NCBI GenBank assembly: GCA_026129095.1
Contig: JAHCIT010000005.1
Span: 1 to 64,000 of the forward strand
DNA length: 64,000 nt
Direction of reading: 5' to 3'
Source: Deltaproteobacteria bacterium
Lineage (GTDB): Bacteria; JAGRBM01; JAHCIT01
A program made the position numbers and the translations under genes. Of the stretch, positions 48,012-57,264 are shown piece by piece. The first letter of the stretch is position 1; every line of letters starts with the position of its first letter. Below the pieces are notes generated by a model that had not been told where the DNA came from, ran no database searches, and saw only the letters and a program-made list of their open reading frames with translations.

Positions 48012-48515
48012 TCAGGACGCAAGTGCGATCACCGGAAGCGGCTTGAACCGGGCCACATGACGATTGCCTGCTTCATCCGGAACCGCTCCGGCCAGCCAGC
48101 GGGGCTCCTGCTCGCTTACCAGCCGCCGGCGAATATCGTGAGGAAGTCTCTCATTCTGGAAAGCCCGGCTATCCATGAGACGGATAAAATCCCTCTTGGA
48201 CATGTAAAGATCGACTCCGAAATCAGTCGCATGAAAATGGTCGTTCGCTTCCGGGCTGGCCGTAACGACGAAAGTCCAGGGGCCGTCCTCTTCGCTTAGC
48301 GGTGGCCTGGCCAGGCTGCATACCTCGATACCGGTCAAATACGGCATCAGTTCGTCGGCCACCACCACATCCGGGCGCACCCGGCGGCAAATCCGCGAGG
48401 CCTCTTCGCCATTCGCGGCCGTCCAGACCCGGTGACCTTCCTCATGCATGTGGTCTGCCACCACTTTCACAAAAAACGGGCTGTCATCAGCTACAAGGAC
48501 TCGCAGTTTTCTCAT
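48012..48515 (-). CDS. Response regulator receiver protein (tandem paralog)
   Basis: VADDS, ADELMP, VVTA, YMSK; shares GHRVW.A.N, GVDLY.SK and DIRRRL with its neighbour. Confidence 0.85.
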   Translation of the reverse strand: MRKLRVLVADDSPFFVKVVADHMHEEGHRVWTAANGEEASRICRRVRPDVVVADELMPYLTGIEVCSLARPPLSEEDGPWTFVVTASPEANDHFHATDFGVDLYMSKRDFIRLMDSRAFQNERLPHDIRRRLVSEQEPRWLAGAVPDEAGNRHVARFKPLPVIALAS

Positions 48516-48545
48516 GGCAATCTCCCAACTCCTGGAGATGCTCAA

Positions 48546-48560
48546 GCAAACCGCGGGCCC
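48546..48560 (-). promoter_or_regulatory. Sigma-54 promoter (variant)
   Basis: GGGCCC-GCGGT-TTGC (GG-N10-GC), 30 bp upstream of the ATG at 48515. Confidence 0.6.
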
Positions 48561-48761
48561 TTCATGATGAGATGGACTGCCGAAACGAGAGAATGCACGA
48601 AAATCTAGATATCCTCTTTAAAATCAAGTGGATGGGCGATTTTCAAATTCGCCAATATGATCAGGCCTTGAGGTGGGAGCCCCGGTTTCCACCATTTTCC
48701 TGCTGCCAGAGGGGAGGTTCGCAGTCATAAGAAACCCGGGGTGGGTAGGTAAGCAGCGGCC

Positions 48762-50204
48762 TTATGCTTCTGGATCGCCTTCATCTCCATTTGCATCTGA
48801 CCCGTGCAAGCCGCTCTTCTGGAGCAGACGCCGGAAATTGCTTCGATCCATGCCGGCCAGCGAAGCCGCCTTGGAAATGTTCCCGTCCGCCTGTTTCACC
48901 ATGTAACTGAGATAGGCGGCATTGAACTGCTGGAGAAAGCGGTCCTTTTCATCCTGGTAGCTCCCGCCAAACGGGCCTGCCATGTCCATTCCTCCAGGAA
49001 TGGCCTCGCCAGCAGTCAACGGGCCGGGTGATGCAGCCGTGCCGGGAATCCCCTGGACCGCAATCAGTCCACCCTTCCCGAACACAACAGACCGTTCCAC
49101 CACATTCTTCAACTCACGGATATTGCCCGGCCAGGAATAGCTGCGTATCGCCGCCATGCCCTCTGGTGTGAAACCTTCAGCAGGCTTACCGTACTTTTTC
49201 GCAAACATCTGGAGAAACAGGTGAGCAAGCAGCTCGGCATCTCCCGGCCGGGACCGGAGCGGCGGGGCCTCGATGCGGATTACATTCAGCCTGTAGAACA
49301 GGTCCTCCCGGAAGGTCTTCTTGCGGACTTCAGCCTCAAGATCACGGTTGGTGGCTGCAATGATCCGGGTATTGACAGTACGGGTCTGGGAGCTTCCCAC
49401 CCGGCGCACTTCCCCTTCCTGTATGGCTCGCAGCAGCTTGGCCTGGAGCTGAAGGGCGAGTTCGCCAATCTCATCCAGAAAAAGCGTGCCGCCGTCAGCC
49501 GCCTCAAACAGGCCGGCACGGGGCTTGTCGGCACCGGTAAAGGCCCCCTTTTCGTGGCCGAACAGTTCCGATTCGACCAGCGTTTCAGTAAAGGCCGAGC
49601 AGTTGGCTATGACAAACGGCCCATCGCGGCGTTCCGAATGCTCGTGGAGCGACCGGGCAAGAAGTTCCTTGCCAGTTCCGCTGTCACCGGTAATCAGTAC
49701 CGGAGCACCGGTCGGCCCAGCCGTCTCCACCAGGCGGCGAATCTCCTCAATCTGGGAGCTTTGACCCAGGATCATTGCTGCCGCCGGCTGGTTTGACTGC
49801 TCCAGTTCCCGCGCCTTGCGGCGCAGCCGGACCAGTTCTCCGGCACGCTGGACAAGGAAAACAAGCCGCTCGGCATCGAACGGTTTCAATAGGTAATCAT
49901 AGGCTCCCTCGCGTACCGCGGTAATCGCCTGCGGCACGTCGCCATGGGCCGTGATAAAGATGACCTCCGGTTCGCCGGGTAGTTTCCGATAGTCCGAAAG
50001 AGCATCGAGTCCCGTGCGGCGCGGCATCGAAACGTCAGAAACCACGACATCCACTGTTCCGTCAGGAAATCCATTTAACGCCCGTTCCACATCCGGGAAA
50101 GTCCGCACACTCATCCCTTTCCCACCCAGAATACGCGAATACAGGGTCAGGATGGCCTGCTCATCATCGACCAGGGCGACAACCAGCGGAGTATCAAACT
50201 GCAT
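48762..50204 (-). CDS. Sigma-54-dependent response regulator (NtrC/AtoC family)
   Basis: REC, GDSGTGKE, ELFGHEKGAFTGA, LFLDEIG, FREDLFYRL, WPGNIREL, Fis-type HTH. Confidence 0.95.
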   Translation of the reverse strand: MQFDTPLVVALVDDEQAILTLYSRILGGKGMSVRTFPDVERALNGFPDGTVDVVVSDVSMPRRTGLDALSDYRKLPGEPEVIFITAHGDVPQAITAVREGAYDYLLKPFDAERLVFLVQRAGELVRLRRKARELEQSNQPAAAMILGQSSQIEEIRRLVETAGPTGAPVLITGDSGTGKELLARSLHEHSERRDGPFVIANCSAFTETLVESELFGHEKGAFTGADKPRAGLFEAADGGTLFLDEIGELALQLQAKLLRAIQEGEVRRVGSSQTRTVNTRIIAATNRDLEAEVRKKTFREDLFYRLNVIRIEAPPLRSRPGDAELLAHLFLQMFAKKYGKPAEGFTPEGMAAIRSYSWPGNIRELKNVVERSVVFGKGGLIAVQGIPGTAASPGPLTAGEAIPGGMDMAGPFGGSYQDEKDRFLQQFNAAYLSYMVKQADGNISKAASLAGMDRSNFRRLLQKSGLHGSDANGDEGDPEA

Positions 50205-50347
50205 TCGCCGGGAAATCCTTCCGATGGATCCAGTGGAGCTTGGACTTGTGAAAGGAACTGTAGCCTTATCAGAATGTAGTAGCCAGCCATGAAATCCCGT
50301 TATCCGGATCGTCATGGACTGCCTCGCTGTTCCCTGCGCGGCCGGCA

Positions 50348-50749
50348 TCAGACACCCGGCCTGATATCCAGAAATTCTCCCAGGCGGCTCAGCACATCCA
50401 CCAGCACGGAAAGTGGCCGCCTCCACCTGTCACCGACGGAGTCACGCGCCCCCCTCGACAGCAGTTCAAGCTCCGTTTCGGCCCGGCCCGCCATCATGCC
50501 AATACTCTCAAAACCGAATATCCCAGCTCCACCGGCGATTGAATGGACAAGGCGGTGGAGCTTGCGGGCTTCCCCGGGCTGCGGCCGGGCGGCACCAGGT
50601 GCCAGAAAGGGCTCGCACAGGCTGGCCGTTCGCACCGCCTCGGTCAGGAATTCGATCTGGAGATCGTCGATATTGTCGCCAACTCCCTGTGCAATACCGA
50701 AGGAACGTGCCGGGGTGTCCGCGAGAGCCTGTGTAGCAGCGCCTTGCAT
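50348..50749 (-). CDS. Stand-alone Hpt domain protein
   Basis: LHRLVHSIAGGAGIFGF..A...E; RBS GGAGG. Confidence 0.85.
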   Translation of the reverse strand: MQGAATQALADTPARSFGIAQGVGDNIDDLQIEFLTEAVRTASLCEPFLAPGAARPQPGEARKLHRLVHSIAGGAGIFGFESIGMMAGRAETELELLSRGARDSVGDRWRRPLSVLVDVLSRLGEFLDIRPGV

Positions 50750-50811
50750 GACTGGAATCCTCCGTTGACCTGCCTTCCTGACTCAACCGCCAGCGGGGCG
50801 GCGCCGGTGGA

Positions 50812-51399
50812 CTAAAGCGAGATCCGGGTATCGGGTTCCGGCTGCATCCCCCAAGACTTCGTTTCGTAGGCATAGACCGCTGCATCTGGCGGAATGGCTC
50901 CGGCAGTATTCACGCTGCCATCGATCCGGGCGCCGCGCAGATCGGCCCCAGCCAGCCGGGCGCCTTCCAGCCGGGCGCCGCGCAGATCGGCGCCGCGCAG
51001 ATCGGCGAAGGAGAGGTCCGCATTCTCCAAGTTGCTGCCCCGCAGGTCGGCCCCCTGAAGTTTGGATCGTGACAGATTCGCACCACTGAAGTCGGACCCA
51101 CTGGCCGCAGTCTCATTGAGAACAGCGAATCTCAGGTCTGCCTGAATGAACTTCACGCCCGAGATATCCCGGCCAGTCAGATTGGCAGCGGCAAGCCGGG
51201 CTCCCTCGCAGGAAAACCCCGAATCCAACAGGATATTATCGTGACACATCAAACGTCCGTCGAGACGGGTATGCATGTTGTCCGCGACGATCGGTCCCTT
51301 CATCGCACACCCAGACGACAGGGCAATGTGCAGTAAACCGATGATGGCCGTAATGACGACGTTGAAGGCCAGTTTCGTTTCGATGGTTCCGGTTTTCAT
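50812..51399 (-). CDS. Pentapeptide-repeat lipoprotein
   Basis: Lipobox-like LSSGC; repeated A(D/N)LxG units; RBS GAGGAG. Confidence 0.85.
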   Translation of the reverse strand: MKTGTIETKLAFNVVITAIIGLLHIALSSGCAMKGPIVADNMHTRLDGRLMCHDNILLDSGFSCEGARLAAANLTGRDISGVKFIQADLRFAVLNETAASGSDFSGANLSRSKLQGADLRGSNLENADLSFADLRGADLRGARLEGARLAGADLRGARIDGSVNTAGAIPPDAAVYAYETKSWGMQPEPDTRISL

Positions 51400-51427
51400 G
51401 ATCGCAGTCTCCTCGACTGTGCCAAGA

Positions 51428-51442
51428 GCAACCGGAGTGCCA
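51428..51442 (-). promoter_or_regulatory. Sigma-54 promoter
   Basis: TGGCAC-TCCGG-TTGC, a perfect consensus, 28 bp upstream of the pentapeptide gene. Confidence 0.85.
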
Positions 51443-51737
51443 TCGCTTACAAAAGGATGGCGACGAATATGAGGGAAGAGCTGCAAGCCCATGGAAATCC
51501 TTGGATATCCGGATTTTCCATCTGCGGCAGGCAACCCGTTTTTGATCTGCTAGGATCCCTACTTTCCCGGTGTCCAATGTTACCCGCCGGGTTCCTAATG
51601 ACCCCAAAATACAGATCCGATCTGCCTCCTTGCTGGTACTGGCACCAAAACTCCGACAGGAGCCAGGCACCATGCAGAACGCTAAAATCATTGGGTTCTG
51701 CCTCCTTGAGGCAAATTGTATCCAGGTTTGGGTTGTT

Positions 51738-51752
51738 TGGCCCGGCTGTTGC
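51738..51752 (+). promoter_or_regulatory. Sigma-54 promoter (divergent)
   Basis: TGGCCC-GGCTG-TTGC, ~50 bp upstream of the ATG at 51802. Confidence 0.75.
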
Positions 51753-51801
51753 TTCATCCAGAAGCGGGCACATCGTGCCCCGGAAGAGGAAGTACCCGAG
51801 G

Positions 51802-52722
51802 ATGAATGCAAAACCGAAGACAAAAACCCAAAGTACGCAACGCAAGGTGCGCCCTGCCGGAGCCAAGAAGTCCGCCCTTACCGGGGCACGTTCCAGCAAG
51901 CGCGTTTCCATGAAGGAAGGCGCTGACAAGCCTGCACCGGCCCGTCGAAAGGTATCTGTCCCGGCCCGGCGCAGTATGCGCCGGAAGATACCCACTGCGG
52001 CCGACGCCATCATGGCAATTCCACTCGGCCACAAGCCCGAAGTCCGTCGGAACCCGGACCGCCGCTTGGAAGTCATTTCGGCAGGAGCCGTGCTGGTGGC
52101 CTCGGTGGCCATTGTCCTTGGGATAGCGCTCACCGGGCCCGAGCCCGTTCCTCCAACACCCGTTCCGGCCACTACCGCACCTGCTGATAGCGCAGTGCCC
52201 ACGCCCGCCGAACCAGAGCAGACTGCCAAGCCCCAGCCCGACACAAAACCCCCGGCAGCACGGAAGACTACCGCGGCCAAGCCGAAACCTGCCCCGGTAG
52301 TTCTGGCCGAATGGGCCCGCCCGGCCATCGACGTACGGATGCACAACATCAGACGGCTCTATTGGAACATCATGCAGGACGGCGAAGGGCCTGTGGGTGA
52401 GCTGGCCGTCCACCTTCAGGTAGAACCGGAGGGACATGTGAGCCGTGCCTGGGTTGAGCGGAGCACGCTCGCCCGCAATTACGGGTCTTTCGAAGCCAGT
52501 GTGGTGAGGGAACTCATCTCTGCACCCTTCAACGCAACTGGCGCGGACCGGCCACTGGGCGTCGTTGTCCCGATCGCGTTCGACGGCACGCAGAGCATTG
52601 TCGAACGGATCCTGGCAAGCGACGCAACGGATCCGGTCAGTTCCGGACGGCCTTATGCACAAGTCTTGACGCGGGAAATGCCGGGGGTGGCAGATGCCAG
52701 CCGGCATGCCTCCGCTTCCTGA
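51802..52722 (+). CDS. Bitopic membrane protein with TonB-like AgmX/PglI-type C-terminal domain
   Basis: Lys/Arg-rich N-terminus, one TM, Pro/Ala/Thr linker, IRRLY..G.L.V.L.V.PEG.V....VERSTL..VVVPIAF. Confidence 0.7.
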   Translation: MNAKPKTKTQSTQRKVRPAGAKKSALTGARSSKRVSMKEGADKPAPARRKVSVPARRSMRRKIPTAADAIMAIPLGHKPEVRRNPDRRLEVISAGAVLVASVAIVLGIALTGPEPVPPTPVPATTAPADSAVPTPAEPEQTAKPQPDTKPPAARKTTAAKPKPAPVVLAEWARPAIDVRMHNIRRLYWNIMQDGEGPVGELAVHLQVEPEGHVSRAWVERSTLARNYGSFEASVVRELISAPFNATGADRPLGVVVPIAFDGTQSIVERILASDATDPVSSGRPYAQVLTREMPGVADASRHASAS

Positions 52723-52746
52723 AACGTCCCTTACCTCCTCCTCCAT

Positions 52747-52782
52747 GGCAGCTCTCTCATGACGAGGGAGCTGCCCCTTTTT
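52747..52782 (+). terminator. Rho-independent terminator
   Basis: ggcagctctctc-atgac-gagggagctgcc followed by a T-tract. Confidence 0.8.
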
Positions 52783-52947
52783 GTTACAAAAATATCAACG
52801 GAAGCCAGCGGGAAAATGGTTCTCCGCCTTGCCAGCAGAAAACGCAATCATTAAAATGTTTTTCAGTTTCGACATTTTTCACCTTTACTGTTTTGGCTGT
52901 GCCGCGCCATCAAGCGCGAATATGGACAAGGCAAGAGCAGATCAGGC

Positions 52948-54753
52948 ATGAGACTCAACTTTGACCGGAAATCTGCTTTGGGACTGGTTGCTGCCATCCT
53001 GCTGGTTGTCGCAGCAGGCACGGCTGCCTATCTCGATCTCCACCAGTTCCGCGACACAGTCAAACGCGTTTCACATAGCCATAGAGTTCTTCTGAAGTTG
53101 GAACATATTCGCTCGCTCATGCAGGATGAGCAGATCGGTGTACGTGGCTTCGTCATTACCGGTGACGCCCGCTCGCTGGAGACCTATTTCCATACGCGAG
53201 CAGTGATTTCCGATGAGCTGGGCAGCCTCCGCCGGCTGACATCCGATAACCCGGCATACCAGGCCCGCATCCAGAAACTGGAATCCCTGATTCGCCAGCG
53301 GTTCGACCTGAGCGAACAGATCATCAACCAGCGGAAAACCACCGGGGCAGAAACCGGGGAAGCCCTGTCTCTGATTACCCATGCCGCACAGTATATGGAA
53401 CGTATTCGCGGGATTGTCGATGCAATCGAAACCGGGGAAACCCGGTTCCTCGAAGAGCGTACCCGCCGGGCAGAAGCCGATTCCCGGATGACACTGATGA
53501 CGCTGGGGGTATTCGGAACGCTCGGGGTCGTGGCCATTGTCGCGTTTGTCATGCTGCTCAACCGGGAGCTCGGCCGCAGCCAGCAGTTCGAGCAGGCACT
53601 TCGCCGGGAAGAAGAACGGCTCAGATCCATCATGGACAACAGTCCGCTTGTCATTTTTCTAAAGGATACCGAAGGCCGCCACCAGTTCGTCAACCAGGAG
53701 TTCCTGGACGCCTTCCGGCTGGACCGTTCCCACGTCATCGGCCGTGCCGATAGGGAAATCTTTCCTCCTGAAATCGCCGACAAGTTCATGTCAAACGACC
53801 GCGAAGTAATGGCGACCGGCCATCCCGCCCAGTTCGAGGAAACCGCCAACCGTGATGGAGTCCCTCATATTTACTCTGTCGCCAAGTTCCCGCTCCGTGA
53901 GCCCGGCGGAAGGATATATGCCATTTGCGGCATGGCCTCCGACATTACTGAACGGAAGAAAGCCGAAGAAACGATCCGGGGGCTGAGCGATTCCCTCATT
54001 TCCCGCACCCAGCAGCTCGAAGCCGCCAATCACGAGCTTGAGGCTTTCAGTTATTCCGTTTCTCATGATCTCCGGGCACCACTCCGGAGCATCAATGGCT
54101 TCAGCCAGGCCCTGATAGAGGATTACCGGGACAAGCTGGAGCCCGCCGCACAGGACTATCTGAACCGGATCATGGTGGCCACCCGGCGCATGGGGCATCT
54201 CATTGACGATCTGCTGGAACTGTCACGGGTCACACGCGCTGACATATGCGGACAGTGGGTGGACCTGAGTGCTCTTGCCCGGAGCGTCATGGACGAACTC
54301 CGGCAGTCAGCACCCGGCCGGGAAGTCCACGCCACCATTAAAGATGGCATCTCCGGCTGGGGAGACACCAGACTCCTCCGGGTCATCCTGACAAACCTTC
54401 TTGGTAACGCCTGGAAGTTCACTTCAAAAACTCCTTGCCCATCCATTGAATTCGGGAGCATTGCGCATCCGGACGGCACTGCTACCATTTTTGTACGTGA
54501 CAACGGCGCCGGCTTCGACATGGCCCACGCAAAAAACCTCTTTGGCGTGTTTCAGCGCCTTCATTCTACATCAGAGTTCGAAGGAACAGGGATTGGCCTG
54601 GCGACCGTCCGGAGGATCGTGCAGCGGCACGGCGGTATGGTCCGGGGCGAAGGCCGGCCGGGTGAAGGCGCGGTATTTTACTTCACGCTGGGCCGCCCCC
54701 GGGTGTCTGCGGAAGGAGCAGCTGGTGAGCAGCAAATATATTCTGCTGGTTGA
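52948..54753 (+). CDS. Sensor histidine kinase (TM-CHASE3-TM-PAS-HisKA-HATPase)
   Basis: VSHSHRVL..G.RGFVITGD (CHASE3); FSYSVSHDLRAPLR; NAWKF; FQRLH..FEGTGIGLA. Confidence 0.93.
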   Translation: MRLNFDRKSALGLVAAILLVVAAGTAAYLDLHQFRDTVKRVSHSHRVLLKLEHIRSLMQDEQIGVRGFVITGDARSLETYFHTRAVISDELGSLRRLTSDNPAYQARIQKLESLIRQRFDLSEQIINQRKTTGAETGEALSLITHAAQYMERIRGIVDAIETGETRFLEERTRRAEADSRMTLMTLGVFGTLGVVAIVAFVMLLNRELGRSQQFEQALRREEERLRSIMDNSPLVIFLKDTEGRHQFVNQEFLDAFRLDRSHVIGRADREIFPPEIADKFMSNDREVMATGHPAQFEETANRDGVPHIYSVAKFPLREPGGRIYAICGMASDITERKKAEETIRGLSDSLISRTQQLEAANHELEAFSYSVSHDLRAPLRSINGFSQALIEDYRDKLEPAAQDYLNRIMVATRRMGHLIDDLLELSRVTRADICGQWVDLSALARSVMDELRQSAPGREVHATIKDGISGWGDTRLLRVILTNLLGNAWKFTSKTPCPSIEFGSIAHPDGTATIFVRDNGAGFDMAHAKNLFGVFQRLHSTSEFEGTGIGLATVRRIVQRHGGMVRGEGRPGEGAVFYFTLGRPRVSAEGAAGEQQIYSAG

Positions 54754-55162
54754 GGACAATCCCGATGACGAGGCGCTCACATTGCGTACGCTCCGCAAAT
54801 GTGGTCTTGCCAACGAAGTACATGTTGTCCGCGACGGTGCTGAAGCACTCGATTTTCTTTTCAAGGCCGGTCGCTACGAGAACCGGAGCCCCAATGACCT
54901 GCCAGCCCTGATCCTCCTGGATCTCAAGCTGCCGAAAATTGACGGGCTGGATGTCCTGAAGCGGATACGTGCGGATACCGGCACGAAGCTGCTGCCGGTC
55001 GTCATATTCACTTCATCGAAAGAGCAGCAGGATCTCCTTGCCGGGTATACGAATGGTGCAAACGGATATGTACGGAAGCCTGTTGATTTCGCCGAATTCG
55101 CCGAAGCGGTGGCGGCCCTTCACCTCTACTGGATGATTACCAACGAGCCCATCCCAAGGTGA
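54725..55162 (+). CDS. Single-domain response regulator (Rcp1-like)
   Basis: GTG start; LLVEDNPDD, LLDLKLPKIDG, FTSS, RKPVDF. Confidence 0.92.
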   Translation: MSSKYILLVEDNPDDEALTLRTLRKCGLANEVHVVRDGAEALDFLFKAGRYENRSPNDLPALILLDLKLPKIDGLDVLKRIRADTGTKLLPVVIFTSSKEQQDLLAGYTNGANGYVRKPVDFAEFAEAVAALHLYWMITNEPIPR

Positions 55163-55177
55163 TCCGGGAAAGTAACA

Positions 55178-57133
55178 ATGAGTGAGAGCCCGCAGATCAG
55201 GGTCCTTTTCATAGAAGATTCCGAGGATGACGCCCTGCTCGCCATCCGTGAAATCAGTCATGGCGGATTCTCCGTGGATTACCAGCGTGTGGAGACTGCT
55301 GATCAAATGCAGACGGCGCTGGAAAAATCCGAATGGGATGTGGTGATCTGCGACCATCACATGCCCAGGTTCAACAGCTTTTCCGCCTTGCGTCTCCTCA
55401 AGACGATGCGGCCCGACATCCCGTTCATTTCCGTGTCTGGTACGCTCGGAGAGGATATGGCCGTCGAGGCAATGCGGGCAGGTGCCTATGACTACATGAT
55501 CAAGTCCAACCTGAAGCGCCTCGTTCCCTCCATCAGCCGCGCACTTCGGGAAAACGAGAGCCGCAAGGCCCATCGGGCGGCCGAAGACCAGCTTCGCCTG
55601 CTGGAGGCCGCCATACGAGGCATTCATGAGGGTGTAGTGGTGACGGATGCCCGGCTTGATCCTCCCGGTCCAACCATCGTCTTCGTGAATGACTACCTCT
55701 GCCGGCTGACGGGGTATGCTCCAGGTGAACTGATCGGCAAAACCCCCCGCCTGTTCCAGGGATCCAAAACCGACCGGCAGTTGCTGGATTCACTGAAGAG
55801 GGCTCTCCGTTCCGGACAGCCATTCACTGGCGAAACGGTCAACTACCGGAAGGACAGATCTGAATACCTGGCGGAGTGGCATATTTCGCCGGTCAGGGAC
55901 CGCGATGGAAACATATCGAATTTCATCTCAACACAGCGGGATCTGACAGAACGCCGGCGGGCCGAGCAGCGGCACGCCGAAATGGAACGCCAGTTCCGGG
56001 TGGCCCAGAAACTGGAAGCGGTGGGCCAACTCGCTGGCGGCATTGCTCACGATTTCAACAATCTGCTGGTGGTCATCAACGGATACGCACAAATGCTCCG
56101 TAACAATCTCGCCGGCCAGGCCCGGCAGCAGGAAGATGCCGGGTTGATTCTCCAGGCAGGCGAGCGGGCCGCCGATCTCACACGGCGGCTGTTGACATTC
56201 AGCCGGCAGGACACCCGTAATCCACGCCGGACTACCCTGAATGATATTATCAAAGGGTTTGAGAAGATGCTCCGGCGGCTCGTCCGGGAAGACATAGACC
56301 TGCAATTCCACCTCGCATCCGATATCCGCCACATAAAGGTAGATCCGGGCCAAATGGAACAGATTCTGCTGAACCTCAGCATCAACGCATCCGATGCCAT
56401 GCCCCACGGCGGCATACTTGCGATTGAAAGCCGGAATGGGGAGCTGTCCGCATCCAACCTCAATCCACTTTTTGACGCAAAACCGGGGCATTACTCAGTC
56501 CTGACGGTTCGCGACAACGGCACTGGCATCAGCGAGGACATCCTGTCCCGTATTTACGAGCCGTTTTTCACCACCAAGGGAGACGGAAAAGGAACAGGCC
56601 TGGGGCTCGCCACCGTGCTTGGAATTGTGAAAGCCCACGGTGGCCTAATCCGGGTTCGCAGCCGCGAGGGCGAGGGAACCGAGTTCCAGATATATCTACC
56701 AGAGAATACCGCCGCACAGGAACAGTCCGCACGGCCTATCCAACCCGTGACCGGTGGTAGCGAGACTATACTGCTCGTCGAAGACCAGCCCGAGGTTCGG
56801 ACCGTAGCAGCACGCATACTGGCCGGGTTTGGCTACCAGGTGATAGAGGCGGGCAATGGCGAGGAAGCGCTCGAAGCCGCTGCACGGCATTCGGGACCAG
56901 TCCACCTGCTGCTTTCCGATGTAATCATGCCCCGGATGAGCGGTCCGGCACTGGCCGACCGCCTCCTGCAGCAGAGGCCGGATACCCGTGTCCTGTTCGT
57001 ATCCGGTCACATTTCGGACGTGACTGGCAAGCACGTTCTCCTGAATGAATCGTCCGAACTGCTCAGAAAACCCTACCATCCAGACGATCTGGCCAGAGCG
57101 GTGCGAAGCGCTCTTGACCGGAAAAGACCGTGA
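55178..57133 (+). CDS. Hybrid kinase REC-PAS-HisKA-HATPase-REC
   Basis: IEDSEDD..CDHHMP; PAS with NYRKD; GQLAGGIAHDFNNLL; PFFTTK; SDVIMP. Confidence 0.93.
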   Translation: MSESPQIRVLFIEDSEDDALLAIREISHGGFSVDYQRVETADQMQTALEKSEWDVVICDHHMPRFNSFSALRLLKTMRPDIPFISVSGTLGEDMAVEAMRAGAYDYMIKSNLKRLVPSISRALRENESRKAHRAAEDQLRLLEAAIRGIHEGVVVTDARLDPPGPTIVFVNDYLCRLTGYAPGELIGKTPRLFQGSKTDRQLLDSLKRALRSGQPFTGETVNYRKDRSEYLAEWHISPVRDRDGNISNFISTQRDLTERRRAEQRHAEMERQFRVAQKLEAVGQLAGGIAHDFNNLLVVINGYAQMLRNNLAGQARQQEDAGLILQAGERAADLTRRLLTFSRQDTRNPRRTTLNDIIKGFEKMLRRLVREDIDLQFHLASDIRHIKVDPGQMEQILLNLSINASDAMPHGGILAIESRNGELSASNLNPLFDAKPGHYSVLTVRDNGTGISEDILSRIYEPFFTTKGDGKGTGLGLATVLGIVKAHGGLIRVRSREGEGTEFQIYLPENTAAQEQSARPIQPVTGGSETILLVEDQPEVRTVAARILAGFGYQVIEAGNGEEALEAAARHSGPVHLLLSDVIMPRMSGPALADRLLQQRPDTRVLFVSGHISDVTGKHVLLNESSELLRKPYHPDDLARAVRSALDRKRP

Positions 57134-57264
57134 AATGCTGGGAACCAAGCAAACCCTGCGGCCTGTCCTTTATAATCAGCGCAGAACCTGCCGACCCAGA
57201 TGCCCCGGCGCGCCATACCCTTAGGAGATTGTCGTCTCCACTCCTTAACTGGAACCACACCCCT

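Noticed and set aside
50925-51110. Short DNA tandem repeats (gcgccgcgcagatcg)
   Set aside because: Explained by pentapeptide-repeat coding.
51447-52746. Minus-strand ORFs of 300 and 330 aa, and the 51457 start for the plus-strand gene
   Set aside because: Shadows of the AgmX-like gene; the promoter motif at 51738 and RBS favour a start at 51802.
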